From contig CAWAPJ010000001.1 of NCBI GenBank assembly GCA_963783885.1, positions 64,001-128,000 of the forward strand: 64,000 nt of DNA, read 5' to 3'. This document shows positions 10,387-20,982 of the stretch, one piece after another (positions within the stretch are counted from its first letter, which is position 1; every line of letters begins with the position of its first letter). The notes beneath the pieces are model-generated. The model saw only the letters and a list, made by a program, of their open reading frames with translations, was not told where the DNA came from and searched no databases. The position numbers and the translations under genes are program-made. The stretch comes from Waddliaceae bacterium (GTDB lineage Bacteria; Chlamydiota; Chlamydiia; Chlamydiales; SLFE01).

Positions 10387-12568
10387 ACTCGCATTGTTTT
10401 GCAATTTCCCAATAGTCTCTTAGGGATAATGGAATGTGTTGTAATGAATGCCGAAAATCGGTATAAGCCTTAGGCATCTTTTGCGGCACCTTCATTTTAC
10501 ATCGATAAAATTCATCAAACTGCCGGTACAACTCTTCAACCTTGTCATAGTTAATATGATCGCAATCCCAATCGGCCATTCCGGAAGTCTTCTCAAGATC
10601 GCGAGAAATAAATTGGATTGGAAAACAGTAGGCAGATTGTTCATTAGTATTGGTAAAGTGAGCAATTTTATTGCGGAGATATCGATGATTTCCATCCCCG
10701 GAAAACAGAGGCTCCATTTCCTCTAATTTTTGACTGGATTTTTTCTTTACATGAGTCCAGGATTTTTTGAGATTTTTGCATTCTGAACAACAAAGTGCGG
10801 TATAGATGGGAAAGCACGAATAAAAATCGCCAATTTCTATAAGCTTATAGCAAAGATCAATAAAAAAGCTGATTTTGACTCCCCTCTTGGTTTGCTCGGA
10901 CTTTTTATTAGATTCACTGCGAAAAATATGACTTTTAACCCATAAAGAAAGATTGTTAGAATGCTGGATGAGTTTTCGCATGCCGGAAACTGGCCCGGGC
11001 GATATCCACCTAATATTAAGAAATTCCTCTATGTCGACTTTTTGTATCAATCCAACTGTATGCAGTTTAATATCGGAAGCGAGCTTATCTAACTGCTCTT
11101 TGTAACCTTTGCCCGCACAATACGATTCAAGTACTTTGTCACAAGATTCCTCGCTTGGCCGCGGACTGTTGGATCCCTCATTTGTACAGAGATTTTTAGA
11201 TCGTTTAACCCTTTTTATAAATCGCCGCTTTGCCGCCTTCAATTCATTTTCCGGCTGATAGTTAAGAAATTTTTCAAACGTATACATTTTGAATCTATCG
11301 GTACGAACTTCTAAAAGTTTGCACAGCAACCCGTACAGATTTCTCCTCAAATATGTAGAAGTTTCTTCATCAAAAAATTTATCATAAATGCATTCCAATA
11401 GCACCTTATCCGTTATAAATAAAGGAAAAGTTAAAACAATTTTCATCAAGCGTGCATCTAATCTCTTTAGTGATTTTATATCCACAAGCTTAAGAAGATC
11501 CTGAGCCAATTTCCTTTCTAATACGCCGTTTACATAGTCCTTCAGTGGTGTTTTCAAAAGCATCTCTTTTAAAAGAATACAATACTCTTCGTCATTGGCC
11601 AGAAAGTTATAAGCGTCATTTTCCCTTTTATTTTCTATCAATTTAGTTAAATAGAGCTGCACATTAAAAAATTTTGAATTCTCAAGGTCAATTTTTTGGA
11701 TGTTGAGTCTGAATATTTCTTTTGTGGATTTACTTTGTGTTTGATTCTGAATAATATCAAATAATTCCTGAATATGAGGTCCTGTACATTTTTTGAGCTG
11801 CTGGATTGTCGATTTTTTCCGAATTAACTGATCAAATAAGGGGATATAGTTTTCAGCAATCTTCTTAAAAGCTTCGATATCAAGAAATCTGAGCAGACGA
11901 ATTTTCAGTTTATCGGGTAGCTGTTCAATACATCGGTTGAGAAAGTCTTGAGGCACTACCCCAATGAATCTGGAAAGAACTTTTAGGACAAATTCTCCAT
12001 TCTTTTTTGTATGATTGGAAAAGTTTCCCCAAAACTGCTCTTCTAAGCCTCCGCGCCCAAATCCAGCAAGGAGAAACTGGGACTCAAAACTAAATCGGTC
12101 GATTAATTCCTTTTTTTCAGAGCTGTTAGGGAGCTTCAAAAAATATTGTGCAGCATCATTAAATCCCCCCAACTTCATGCGCCTTTCGACAAAAGGAGGA
12201 ATATCTCTTTGCTGTTTCTTGACAGCAAATGAAATCGCCTGCTTCATAGACATTTTAGAAAGACAGTCTTGGGTATCTTCGTCAGAAAGATGTTTGATAA
12301 GTTGATCAGCGCTACTCGAAAACTCATCCAGCAAGTAGACTTTAGACTCGGCATTGGACCGTTCAAAAACCGCGCTAAGAAGTTGCTCGCCGGATTGTTC
12401 GACAGCTTTTTGAAACTTTTGGGTGATTGTCTCTCGTTTATTGGCACTATCAAAAGATTTAACCCACCTGGCCACCCTCCTCTTTTCCAATTTGCCGGAG
12501 GCACGTGTTTTTAATTGCTTTGCCGACTGGGAAAGAGGTTCATACCCAATTCTGACCGCATCCATCAC
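10385..12568 (-). CDS. RasGEF (CDC25-like) domain protein, candidate secreted effector
   Basis: C-terminal ~230 aa follow the CDC25 pattern: EEFLNIRW, SNNLSLWVKSHI, KISFFIDLCYKLIEIGDFYSCFPIYTAL, LKKSW, NHRYLR, FISRDL, INYDK. Confidence 0.8.
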   Translation of the reverse strand: MMDAVRIGYEPLSQSAKQLKTRASGKLEKRRVARWVKSFDSANKRETITQKFQKAVEQSGEQLLSAVFERSNAESKVYLLDEFSSSADQLIKHLSDEDTQDCLSKMSMKQAISFAVKKQQRDIPPFVERRMKLGGFNDAAQYFLKLPNSSEKKELIDRFSFESQFLLAGFGRGGLEEQFWGNFSNHTKKNGEFVLKVLSRFIGVVPQDFLNRCIEQLPDKLKIRLLRFLDIEAFKKIAENYIPLFDQLIRKKSTIQQLKKCTGPHIQELFDIIQNQTQSKSTKEIFRLNIQKIDLENSKFFNVQLYLTKLIENKRENDAYNFLANDEEYCILLKEMLLKTPLKDYVNGVLERKLAQDLLKLVDIKSLKRLDARLMKIVLTFPLFITDKVLLECIYDKFFDEETSTYLRRNLYGLLCKLLEVRTDRFKMYTFEKFLNYQPENELKAAKRRFIKRVKRSKNLCTNEGSNSPRPSEESCDKVLESYCAGKGYKEQLDKLASDIKLHTVGLIQKVDIEEFLNIRWISPGPVSGMRKLIQHSNNLSLWVKSHIFRSESNKKSEQTKRGVKISFFIDLCYKLIEIGDFYSCFPIYTALCCSECKNLKKSWTHVKKKSSQKLEEMEPLFSGDGNHRYLRNKIAHFTNTNEQSAYCFPIQFISRDLEKTSGMADWDCDHINYDKVEELYRQFDEFYRCKMKVPQKMPKAYTDFRHSLQHIPLSLRDYWEIAKQCE

Positions 12569-12578
12569 TGACTCCTTT

Positions 12579-14249
12579 TCAGCTTTGCAGTTTCTTTAGC
12601 TCTTGTTCGATTTCAGTATCTTCTATTTTTCGAAACAGAATGACTGGTTCTCCGAGAAGCGTCCCCTCTTGAAGAGGCTCAGCAAGAACGGCATCCCAGG
12701 ATTGTTCATCAATGCGGCTTGTGTGCCCCAGCATTTTCCACACCTTATCTGCTGCTTCGGGAATTACAGGGCAGGAAACCAAAGCGAGGACCTTAAGACA
12801 TTCCAGGCAGCAGCGGATTGTCGTCTGCATAGCTTCTGGATTCTCTTTGACTTCCTTCCAGGGACGTTTTGAGTCGAAATAGGCATTTCCGGCGGCGGCA
12901 AGCTCCATAATGAGCCGGCAGACCTGCCTGAGCTTAAAATCTTGGTAGTTTGACTCGATCAAATCGGCAAGCTTGTCAATTTTTTCAAGGAAAATCTTAT
13001 CTTCCTGACCGAGCGTTCCAAATGTGGGAATAGCGGCGCCGCACTGCTTTTTGGCAAACACCATCACGCGATTGACTAGATTGCCGTATTTTCCTAGCAG
13101 CTCGGAATTGCAGCGCAGTTGGAAGTCCTTCCAGCCAAACTCCGAATCTGTTGTTTCCGGAGCATTGGACGCAATCGCAAATCGAATTTGATCGGAAGTG
13201 TAATTATTTAAAAACTCATCAAGATGAATAAACCATCCTTCGGATTTGCTGAACTTCTTCCCCTCTAGATTATAGAACTCATTAGCCGGAATCTCATCGA
13301 CAAGTTTATAGGGTTGGTTCTGTCCCATGACCATCGCAGGGAAAATCGCGGCATGGAACGGAATATTGTCCTTCCCGATAAAATGGACAAGCCGAACATC
13401 GGGGTCAAGCCAATACTCTTTCCATTTATCGGGAGCGTGAATCTTTAGCGACCATTCCATCGTTGCCGATATGTAACCGATCGGAGCGTCAAACCAGACG
13501 TAGAGAACTTTTCCTTGAGTTTCGGGAAGGGGAATGGGAATACCCCACTCAGTATCCCGGGTGATTGCCCGGGGGTGCAGATTTTTGATATATCCCTTGA
13601 TAAAGTTCACGACATTAGGCTTCCAATTCTTCTCGGAGAGCCAGTCTTCAAGACGGTCCTTAAACCGGTCCAACAGCAAAAACCAATGCTTTGTGGGTTT
13701 GTGGGTCAGCCTGGCGCCGGAAACCTTTGATCTGGGATTTTTCAGTTGAACGGCGTCATAGCTGGCGCCGCATCTGGGACACTCATCCCCACGGGCGGCG
13801 TCAAACCCGCAGGAGGGACATTCACCGACAACATAACGATCGGCGAGAAATCGATTTTCTTCCTCTGAATAGAGCTGGTCGGTCACTTTATCTTCAATAT
13901 AGCCGTTTTCCAGAAGATCCAGAAAAAACTGTTGAACAGGCTCTTTGTGCCCTTCCCATGTGGTTCTTGAGTAGTGATCGAAAGAAATGTTCAAACGCTC
14001 AAATAGAGCGCTGTTCGTTTTATGATAGAAGTCCACCTGTTCTTTTGGCGTCCTCCCTTCCATCTCAGCGCTTAAGGTAATGGCAATGCCATATTCATCG
14101 GAACCGCTGATAAAGAGAACGTCATTTTGTTTCAGTCTCTGAAACCTGGCATAGCAGTCGGCGGGAAGGTAAGCACCGGCAATATGGCCAAAATGAAGAG
14201 GGCCGTTGGAATAAAGCAGAGCGGATGTGATAAGGATCTTTTCTTTCAT
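12579..14249 (-). CDS. metG: methionine--tRNA ligase
   Basis: HFGH (HIGH) and KFSKS (KMSKS) motifs, zinc knuckles, YVWFDA, GKDNIPFH. Confidence 0.97.
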   Translation of the reverse strand: MKEKILITSALLYSNGPLHFGHIAGAYLPADCYARFQRLKQNDVLFISGSDEYGIAITLSAEMEGRTPKEQVDFYHKTNSALFERLNISFDHYSRTTWEGHKEPVQQFFLDLLENGYIEDKVTDQLYSEEENRFLADRYVVGECPSCGFDAARGDECPRCGASYDAVQLKNPRSKVSGARLTHKPTKHWFLLLDRFKDRLEDWLSEKNWKPNVVNFIKGYIKNLHPRAITRDTEWGIPIPLPETQGKVLYVWFDAPIGYISATMEWSLKIHAPDKWKEYWLDPDVRLVHFIGKDNIPFHAAIFPAMVMGQNQPYKLVDEIPANEFYNLEGKKFSKSEGWFIHLDEFLNNYTSDQIRFAIASNAPETTDSEFGWKDFQLRCNSELLGKYGNLVNRVMVFAKKQCGAAIPTFGTLGQEDKIFLEKIDKLADLIESNYQDFKLRQVCRLIMELAAAGNAYFDSKRPWKEVKENPEAMQTTIRCCLECLKVLALVSCPVIPEAADKVWKMLGHTSRIDEQSWDAVLAEPLQEGTLLGEPVILFRKIEDTEIEQELKKLQS

Positions 14250-14251
14250 AA

Positions 14252-14839
14252 CTAAATGTGTTTTATGGTTTCCTTGACTACGAGAACTTCAAGATCGGTG
14301 TCAGGAATGATCTTCCATCCCATGACCTCGTCATTTTCCAAATTAACATATAAGGGACCGGGTTTAAAATAAACATATGGCTTTTCAATATCCTTTGGCA
14401 GTGGGTTGGGACATGAAAAGTCAGTCTGAAATTCGGCCAGCGTTCCATGTTTATCGATAAGATCCTGTTTTCTGTCATCGGGAAGACTCCCCCACGAAAC
14501 CCAATTTCCCGGTTTCCTCTTTTGCAAAAACGACCAATCAAGTTCGATTTTTCCGGCCCACGTAACGCAGTCGGGAAAAATCCTCCCTGTTTCCCTGTCA
14601 AGAGCGGCGCGGTCTAAATCAAAAATGCGGTTGTTATAGTCTTCCATGTCTATTAAATATCTCTTAACTTTATAAAGTGTAGTATAGCGAAGCGTATTGG
14701 CGCGCCTTAAGGGAACTTTACTATAAGGACTGAGCGTTTGTCTGGGTTTTTCCGTCAGTTTTTTTCCAATCCAAAGAAGAGCGAGCATAAAAAGAATAAC
14801 CAGAAGCAAAAAAACAAAGACAGAAAAAGCCGATTCCAC
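14252..14839 (-). CDS. hypothetical protein with N-terminal membrane anchor
   Basis: 195-aa ORF tightly packed in the operon. Confidence 0.75.
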   Translation of the reverse strand: MESAFSVFVFLLLVILFMLALLWIGKKLTEKPRQTLSPYSKVPLRRANTLRYTTLYKVKRYLIDMEDYNNRIFDLDRAALDRETGRIFPDCVTWAGKIELDWSFLQKRKPGNWVSWGSLPDDRKQDLIDKHGTLAEFQTDFSCPNPLPKDIEKPYVYFKPGPLYVNLENDEVMGWKIIPDTDLEVLVVKETIKHI

Positions 14840-15124
14840 TTATGAGCTCGCAAGTTCAGGTTCTTCCTCCGGAGTCGGAACTTGATTATCAATTTCGACT
14901 TTCACTTCCTTTTCAATGATATTTTGCTTTGGCAGCTTCCCTTTTTCCGACATAATTTCAGCCACGACATTAACAGCGATATTATCTGATCCGGTGCTGA
15001 CTCTTGCTCCCCGGCCAGTTTTAATCATGTCCCTGGCTTCTTCAATCAGGTAATTGACCATGCCGAACTGACTATCAAAATTTTTCTTTATTTTTTCATT
15101 GGTGATATAATTATCAAATTCCAT
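14840..15124 (-). CDS. rpoZ: probable RNA polymerase omega subunit (chlamydial type)
   Basis: Small ORF directly after gmk (conserved gmk-rpoZ order); TNE...F.SQFGMVNY.I motif; start MEFDNY at 15124. Confidence 0.7.
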   Translation of the reverse strand: MEFDNYITNEKIKKNFDSQFGMVNYLIEEARDMIKTGRGARVSTGSDNIAVNVVAEIMSEKGKLPKQNIIEKEVKVEIDNQVPTPEEEPELASS

Positions 15125-15734
15125 AATGATTCTCCTTGCTGTGATCTTCTGCAATGACGATGCTTCTCAGCACTTGATAAGCTATTCTTAGGTCATCATT
15201 GACAATATTGTATTGATAAAGGCTTCCGGCTTCGAGTTCATTTTTCGACCAGGAAAGCCGCTCTTCAATGACCTTCCGGCTTTCCGTCTTTCTCTCCTCC
15301 AGCCTCTCTTTCAATACATCAAAACTTGGGGGAAAGACAAAAATAAAGACAGCAGAAACAGTCCCCATAAGCTGTTTGGCTCCTTGAGTGTCGATAACAA
15401 GAAAAACATGTTTTCCCTCCTCAAGCCTTTCTTCGACCCAAAGGCGGTCGGTTCCATAGTAGTCTTCATATACAACGGCATGCTCGAAAAAATCTCCGTG
15501 TTTTATCTTCTTTTCAAATTCTTCCTTCGATACAAAATGATAATCGACGCCAGATTGTTCATGCGGCCTCTTTTGTCTTGAGGTATAAGAGACGCTTTGC
15601 ACAACTTCTGGAAATTCGCTTGTCAGCATGCGAACTAGCGTTGTCTTTCCAGTTCCGGCAGGGGCGCTGAGGACAAAAAGCTTTCCTTTGGCAGCGCTGC
15701 CGACCAATTTTCCTGTCCTTCTGAAATCGTTCAT
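15114..15734 (-). CDS. gmk: guanylate kinase
   Basis: SAPAGTGKTT, SYTSRQKRPHEQSGVDYHFV, IDTQGA. Confidence 0.97.
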   Translation of the reverse strand: MNDFRRTGKLVGSAAKGKLFVLSAPAGTGKTTLVRMLTSEFPEVVQSVSYTSRQKRPHEQSGVDYHFVSKEEFEKKIKHGDFFEHAVVYEDYYGTDRLWVEERLEEGKHVFLVIDTQGAKQLMGTVSAVFIFVFPPSFDVLKERLEERKTESRKVIEERLSWSKNELEAGSLYQYNIVNDDLRIAYQVLRSIVIAEDHSKENHYGI

Positions 15735-15737
15735 AAT

Positions 15738-16619
15738 TTATTCAACGTTTTGCAGTTGTTCCCTGATTCTTTCAAGTTCGTTTTTTATCTCTATTGTTTT
15801 ACGGGAAATTTCAATATCATTTACCTTTGAAGCTATGGTATTGGTTTCGCGAAACAGCTCCTGCGCGATAAACTCCAGGGTTTTTCCCACAGACTTGCCG
15901 CTTTCCATGGTTTCCACAAAATGCTCCAAGTGGGCATTAAACCGGGTGATTTCTTCGGAAATATCGACTTTTTCCGCATAAAGGCACACTTCCCTTAGAA
16001 GCGCTTCTTCATTTTCAACTTTTCCGGGAAAGGCGGCTTCAAGCATCTCCGTCAATTTCTCTCTCATTGTCTCGACAGACCGTCCCGACAATTTATTGAT
16101 CTCTTGAATCACGCGGCTTAATCGGTCAATGCGTTCGTTGAAATCCTCAAATAACTTGCCGCCCTCATAATCTTTCATTTTCATAAAAGGATTCAAGGCT
16201 GCACTAATTGCGTTTTCCAGCGCCAGCTTCCACGCCTTTTCATCAGCGATCTCATCGCTATAATCCAATATGTCCTTGCTGCTGCTGAGAAGGCGGATTG
16301 AAAAATCCGAATTGCTAATTTTCAGCATCTCGGCGATTTCGTCGGCTGACTTTTTCATCTGCCTGGCCAATTCGATATTAGGTCTTATGGAAACGGGAGG
16401 CTGCTTTTCAAAAGACGAAATGATCTTGACACTCACTTGTCCTCTAAAAACAGATTCGGAAATTTGTTTTTGGATATCCAATTCAAAACGGCGAAGCTCA
16501 GGTGGACAGTGGACTTTAACATCAAGATATTTCCGATTGACAGACTGGATTTCAACTGTCACTGTCCCGATTGCCGTTGACTCGACTATCCGACCAAAGG
16601 CTGTCATGCTCCTGAGCAT
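15738..16619 (-). CDS. yicC: YicC/YloC family endoribonuclease
   Basis: SMTAFGR, SVNRKYLD, DISEEITR, GKTLEFIAQELFRETNTIASK, REQLQNVE. Confidence 0.93.
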   Translation of the reverse strand: MLRSMTAFGRIVESTAIGTVTVEIQSVNRKYLDVKVHCPPELRRFELDIQKQISESVFRGQVSVKIISSFEKQPPVSIRPNIELARQMKKSADEIAEMLKISNSDFSIRLLSSSKDILDYSDEIADEKAWKLALENAISAALNPFMKMKDYEGGKLFEDFNERIDRLSRVIQEINKLSGRSVETMREKLTEMLEAAFPGKVENEEALLREVCLYAEKVDISEEITRFNAHLEHFVETMESGKSVGKTLEFIAQELFRETNTIASKVNDIEISRKTIEIKNELERIREQLQNVE

Positions 16620-17257
16620 AGATTTAATTCCTTTTTGAGTGTCTTAACCGGTTCAAATGAGGCCCTGTGTATCTCGCAAGGGCCGTGCTCTTTCAGCATA
16701 CGGATATGTTCTTCAGTAGGATACCCCTTATGCCGGATAAAATTGTAACAAGGCCATTTCTCGTGAAATTTTCTCATGATGCCGTCCCTAATGACTTTCG
16801 CCATGATCGAGGCAGCCCCAACCGAAAGCGACAGGGTATCCCCTTTAATCACTTTTTCAGTGACAATATTGGGATGGGGCAGGTTCATCCCGTCAACAAT
16901 CACATAATCGGGGTTCTTGCTCATTCCATCGATAGCCGCGAGCATCGCATTAATTGTCGCCTGGTAGATGTTGATCCTGTCGATCTCCCGAGCATCAACA
17001 ACACCGACAGAATAATGCACGTCGGAATGGCTTGAAAGGATTTGATAAATTTCTTCCCGTTTTTTTGGCGTTAGCTTTTTACTGTCGTCAATGCCTTCAA
17101 TTCGCAAATTTTTCCCTAAAGAACAGCAAACGGCGACCACAGGTCCAGCTAAAGGCCCCCGGCCTGCTTCATCGACACCGGCGATCATGGTATAGCCCAA
17201 ATCGCGGGCGCGCTTTTCGTAGAAAAGCTTATCTCCTCTAAGACTGACCCCACCCAT
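16604..17257 (-). CDS. rnhB: ribonuclease HII
   Basis: GVDEAGRGPLAGPVV, DDSKKL, KGD, AASIMAKVIRD, HKGYPT. Confidence 0.97.
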   Translation of the reverse strand: MGGVSLRGDKLFYEKRARDLGYTMIAGVDEAGRGPLAGPVVAVCCSLGKNLRIEGIDDSKKLTPKKREEIYQILSSHSDVHYSVGVVDAREIDRINIYQATINAMLAAIDGMSKNPDYVIVDGMNLPHPNIVTEKVIKGDTLSLSVGAASIMAKVIRDGIMRKFHEKWPCYNFIRHKGYPTEEHIRMLKEHGPCEIHRASFEPVKTLKKELNLCSGA

Positions 17258-17269
17258 GTATTCGCTACA

Positions 17270-17713
17270 TTAGCTCTCGTCATGAGAAGTTTCGTTTTCC
17301 TCTTTTGCAGGCTCTTCGACTGCAACCTCTTCCTGAGCATTTTCTTTAGCTTCCTTATAGAAGGCGGCCAGGTCTCCGCGAACCTTGGCTCCTTTGCCCT
17401 TTTTCCCGCGAATGTAGTTCAATTTTGCCCGTCTTACACGACCGCGGCGCAATATTTCGATCTTCGAGATGCGGGGGCTGTGCAGCAAGAATACCCGCTC
17501 CATGCCTTCGCCATATGCCACCCGGTGCACGGTAAATGTCTCGGAAAGTCCCGAGCCTTTTTTGGCAATCACGGTCCCCTGAAAAATCTGGACACGCTCT
17601 TTTGATCCTTCAATAATCCGGGTATGAACGTTGACAGTATCTCCCACTTTGAAATTCGGTCTCTTTTTCAAAGATCCCTCTTCCAGTTTTTGTATTACTG
17701 CTGATTTACTCAT
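17270..17713 (-). CDS. rplS: 50S ribosomal protein L19
   Basis: [28 protein letters not shown]; start MSKSAV at 17713. Confidence 0.96.
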   Translation of the reverse strand: MSKSAVIQKLEEGSLKKRPNFKVGDTVNVHTRIIEGSKERVQIFQGTVIAKKGSGLSETFTVHRVAYGEGMERVFLLHSPRISKIEILRRGRVRRAKLNYIRGKKGKGAKVRGDLAAFYKEAKENAQEEVAVEEPAKEENETSHDES

Positions 17714-18422
17714 GAGTCTCGACTCCTTTATTCTGTAGCAGATCGGGCCTCGCGGCACTCGTTTTTCTAACCGCTTGCTGTTTGCGCCACTTATCTATCT
17801 GCTGATGATTTCCACTTAATAAAATTTTCGGGACTTCCATCCCTTCAAAAACTTCAGGCCTTGTGTAATGAGGGCAATCCAAAATTCCTTCGGAAAAAGA
17901 ATCCTGAAGAGAGGCGCACTCATGACCTAAAAATCCCGGAACAAATCTGAGCAAGGCATCAATCACGACGATCGCCGCCAAACAGCCGTTGGTGAGCACA
18001 TAATCGCCGATACTGATCTCCTCATCGACTTCAAGATCCAAAGCTCTCTGATCGATACCCTCGTAGTGACCGCATAAAAACACGACATGGCTGCGGGCGG
18101 AGAGCTCTTTGCATTTATCGGCCGTCAATGTCTTCCCTTGCGGACTGAGATGCACAACATGCGCCTCGTCCGATTTAACGCTGCGGACGGCATTGACGAC
18201 AGGCCCTGCCATCATCAGCATACCGGGTCCGCCTCCGTAGGGTCTGTCGTCGACCTGCCTGTGCCTCCCTTCCGAAAAGCTTCGAATATCCGTTAATCGA
18301 ATATCGATCAGCCCCGCATCCCGGGCTCTTTTAATCATGCTATGATCAAAGGGACCCGAAAAGTACTCGGGAAAGAGAGACAAAATATCAATGGTTATCC
18401 GGGGATTTTGTTCTCTTTCCAT
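17706..18422 (-). CDS. trmD: tRNA (guanine37-N1)-methyltransferase
   Basis: [41 protein letters not shown]. Confidence 0.97.
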   Translation of the reverse strand: MEREQNPRITIDILSLFPEYFSGPFDHSMIKRARDAGLIDIRLTDIRSFSEGRHRQVDDRPYGGGPGMLMMAGPVVNAVRSVKSDEAHVVHLSPQGKTLTADKCKELSARSHVVFLCGHYEGIDQRALDLEVDEEISIGDYVLTNGCLAAIVVIDALLRFVPGFLGHECASLQDSFSEGILDCPHYTRPEVFEGMEVPKILLSGNHQQIDKWRKQQAVRKTSAARPDLLQNKGVETHE

Positions 18423-18436
18423 AAAAGCACGATTGC

Positions 18437-18769
18437 TTATTTGTTTTTATGTCTCGCTGCACGTTTTTTAGCGGCCATTTTCACGCGATGAGCCGCTTTT
18501 TTTTCTTTATGCGTCTTCAAAGCCGCGGGCGCTCCCTGAGCGACCAGCGCTTCAACTTTTTCACTGAGCTCGGCACCGGTATTCAACCAATGTTCAATTC
18601 GCTCTTCTTTGAGATGCAATTTTTTCTCTTGCTCATTTTCAAAAGGGTTATACCAACCCACACATTCGACATATTTACCATCTCGTGGAGAGCGGATATC
18701 TGCGACCACAACCCGGTAAAAGGGACGGTTTTTCCTCCCTTGCTGTCTCAGTCGAATCTTTAGCGCCAT
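18437..18769 (-). CDS. rpsP: 30S ribosomal protein S16
   Basis: MALKIRL..GRKNRPFYRVVVAD.RSPRDG. Confidence 0.97.
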   Translation of the reverse strand: MALKIRLRQQGRKNRPFYRVVVADIRSPRDGKYVECVGWYNPFENEQEKKLHLKEERIEHWLNTGAELSEKVEALVAQGAPAALKTHKEKKAAHRVKMAAKKRAARHKNK

Positions 18770-20082
18770 TTGGCACCTCCCATCATCTTTTGCATTTGTT
18801 TCATATTTGGCATTTTCTTAAAAAACTGTTTTGCCTGCCTAAATGACTTGGCAAGCTTGTTAACATCTTGAACCGATGTACCGCTGCCGCGCGCGATTCT
18901 CTTGCGGCGGCCCGGGATCAATTCGACGCTCCCAACACGTTCATCGATTGTCATCGACAAAATGATCGCTTCGACTTTATCAAGTTCAGAGTCGTCTAGA
19001 TCCATATCTTTTATTTGCGACATTCCGGGAAGCATATTCAACACGGACTTAAAAGATCCCATCTTTTTCACCATTTGAATCTGCTTCAAATAGTCCGTAT
19101 AAGTAAAGGATGCCGATCTTAGCTTCTTTTCAAGCTGCTTAGCCTCGTCCTCGTCAATATGCTCCTGAGCTTTGCGCACAAGGTTAATCGTATCGCCCAT
19201 GCCCAGAATACGGTCTGCCATCGAAGAGGGATTGAATATCTGGATATCATCCATCGTCTCGCCGATCCCTTCGAACTTGAGCGGCTTTCCGGTCACTTCT
19301 TTAATGGAAATGGCAGCGCCTCCCCGAGTGTTTCCATCCAGCATGGTGAGGATTGTTCCGGTCAGTTCAATCTGCTGGTTAAACTCGGCGGCGACATTCA
19401 CAGCATCCTGGCCGATCGTCGCGTTGACAACAAAGAGGATTTCATTCGGATTTGCTGCCTGTTTGACCTCTTTAAGCTCTCCCATCAACTCCTGATCGAT
19501 ATGAAGCCTGCCTGCCGTATCCACGATGACCAGATCATGCCGGTTGACATTGGCATACTCCATGCCGGCTTTGACCACTGACACTGCACTGCCCGATCCG
19601 GTAAACACTTCAACACCGATCTGCTCTCCCAAAAGTTTCAACTGCTGGATCGCAGCCGGCCTCTGCAAATCGCACGCCAGTAAAAGCGGCTTCTTTTTGC
19701 CATGATTTTTCATGAGAAACCGAGCCAGCTTGGCGCATTGGGTCGTCTTCCCCGATCCCTGCAGACCGCAAAGCATGATGACAGCCGGCCAGCCGCTCAG
19801 ATCGAGAGGGGCCTCGCTGCCTCCCATTAGCTCCACAAGCTCGTCATGAACGCATTTTATAAACTGCTGTCCAGGCGATACCGACTGAAGAACTTCGCTG
19901 CCAAGCGCTTTCTCCTTAATCCTTTTGACCAATGTTTTGGCCACGCCATAATTGACATCCGCTTCGAGAAGCGCAAGCCGAACTTCGCGCACAGCATCGG
20001 AAATATTGTCTTCACTAAGCTTTTTCTTTCCGCGAAGCTTAGAAAATATTCCCTGCATTTGGTCTGTTAGAGTGCCAAGCAT
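18760..20082 (-). CDS. ffh: signal recognition particle protein
   Basis: ALLEADV, GLQGSGKTT, DTAGR, DGNTRGGAA, RILGMGD, M domain. Confidence 0.97.
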   Translation of the reverse strand: MLGTLTDQMQGIFSKLRGKKKLSEDNISDAVREVRLALLEADVNYGVAKTLVKRIKEKALGSEVLQSVSPGQQFIKCVHDELVELMGGSEAPLDLSGWPAVIMLCGLQGSGKTTQCAKLARFLMKNHGKKKPLLLACDLQRPAAIQQLKLLGEQIGVEVFTGSGSAVSVVKAGMEYANVNRHDLVIVDTAGRLHIDQELMGELKEVKQAANPNEILFVVNATIGQDAVNVAAEFNQQIELTGTILTMLDGNTRGGAAISIKEVTGKPLKFEGIGETMDDIQIFNPSSMADRILGMGDTINLVRKAQEHIDEDEAKQLEKKLRSASFTYTDYLKQIQMVKKMGSFKSVLNMLPGMSQIKDMDLDDSELDKVEAIILSMTIDERVGSVELIPGRRKRIARGSGTSVQDVNKLAKSFRQAKQFFKKMPNMKQMQKMMGGAKWR

Positions 20083-20136
20083 CCTTATTTAGTATCCTCT
20101 GTATACATGAGATCGGCATTCATAATACTCAAAAAT

Positions 20137-20982
20137 TCATTCATTTTCAAGTGAAAAGAAGCGATTTTGTCCCGACAGGTCGTCCTCGACGCATGATTTA
20201 GCAAAACCCGCCTGTTCAAAAATGTCCTTGACATACTCCCCCTGGCGGTGTCCGATTTCCACCCACATCTTCCCCCCGGGACATAAATGCCCTTTCAAGT
20301 CTCCTGCGATCAGACGGTAGACCTCAAGTCCGTCAACTCCGCCGACAAGCGCTAGCCTCGGCTCGAATCCCTTAACGCTCAAACTCAGGCCATCATATTC
20401 ACGCTCGGAGACATAAGGAGGATTAGAGACAATAAAATGGGCAGCCTCCCCCGCAAAAGGAGCAAACAGATCCCCTTGCAGACACCTGGCCTCTACCTCG
20501 TTTTTCCGAATGTTTTCCCTGGCGGCCCCGCAGGCATCGGCGGAAATGTCGGAGAGCGTCACATCAAGCTCGGGACAAGCTTTTTTAATGGCAATCCCCA
20601 GACAGCCCGATCCGCAGCAAAGATCCCAGAGTTTTTTTCCCCTAACATCGCGCGTCTTTAAATAATTGATAATCTTAGCGGCCATTTCTTCGGTTTCGGG
20701 GCGTGGTATGAGAACTGAGGGGTTCACAACAATCTCGCAGCCCAAAAAATCGACAACCCCTTCGATGTATTGAATCGGCTCCCCTTTCCCGAGTCTTTTC
20801 AGCCGGCTTCGGCACTGCTCAATCTCCCCATCATTCAATGGCTTGTCATAATCCAGATAGAGCTCCATTCTCGAGAGATTCAGAACATGGGAAAGCATTT
20901 TTTCGGCAAGACGTCTCGGCGACTCGATTCCCTTCGTCTCCAAATACTTAGTAGACTGTGTCAGAATTTCCTTAACCTGCAT
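20137..20982 (-). CDS. prmC: release factor glutamine methyltransferase
   Basis: [28 protein letters not shown]; follows prfA. Confidence 0.95.
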   Translation of the reverse strand: MQVKEILTQSTKYLETKGIESPRRLAEKMLSHVLNLSRMELYLDYDKPLNDGEIEQCRSRLKRLGKGEPIQYIEGVVDFLGCEIVVNPSVLIPRPETEEMAAKIINYLKTRDVRGKKLWDLCCGSGCLGIAIKKACPELDVTLSDISADACGAARENIRKNEVEARCLQGDLFAPFAGEAAHFIVSNPPYVSEREYDGLSLSVKGFEPRLALVGGVDGLEVYRLIAGDLKGHLCPGGKMWVEIGHRQGEYVKDIFEQAGFAKSCVEDDLSGQNRFFSLENE

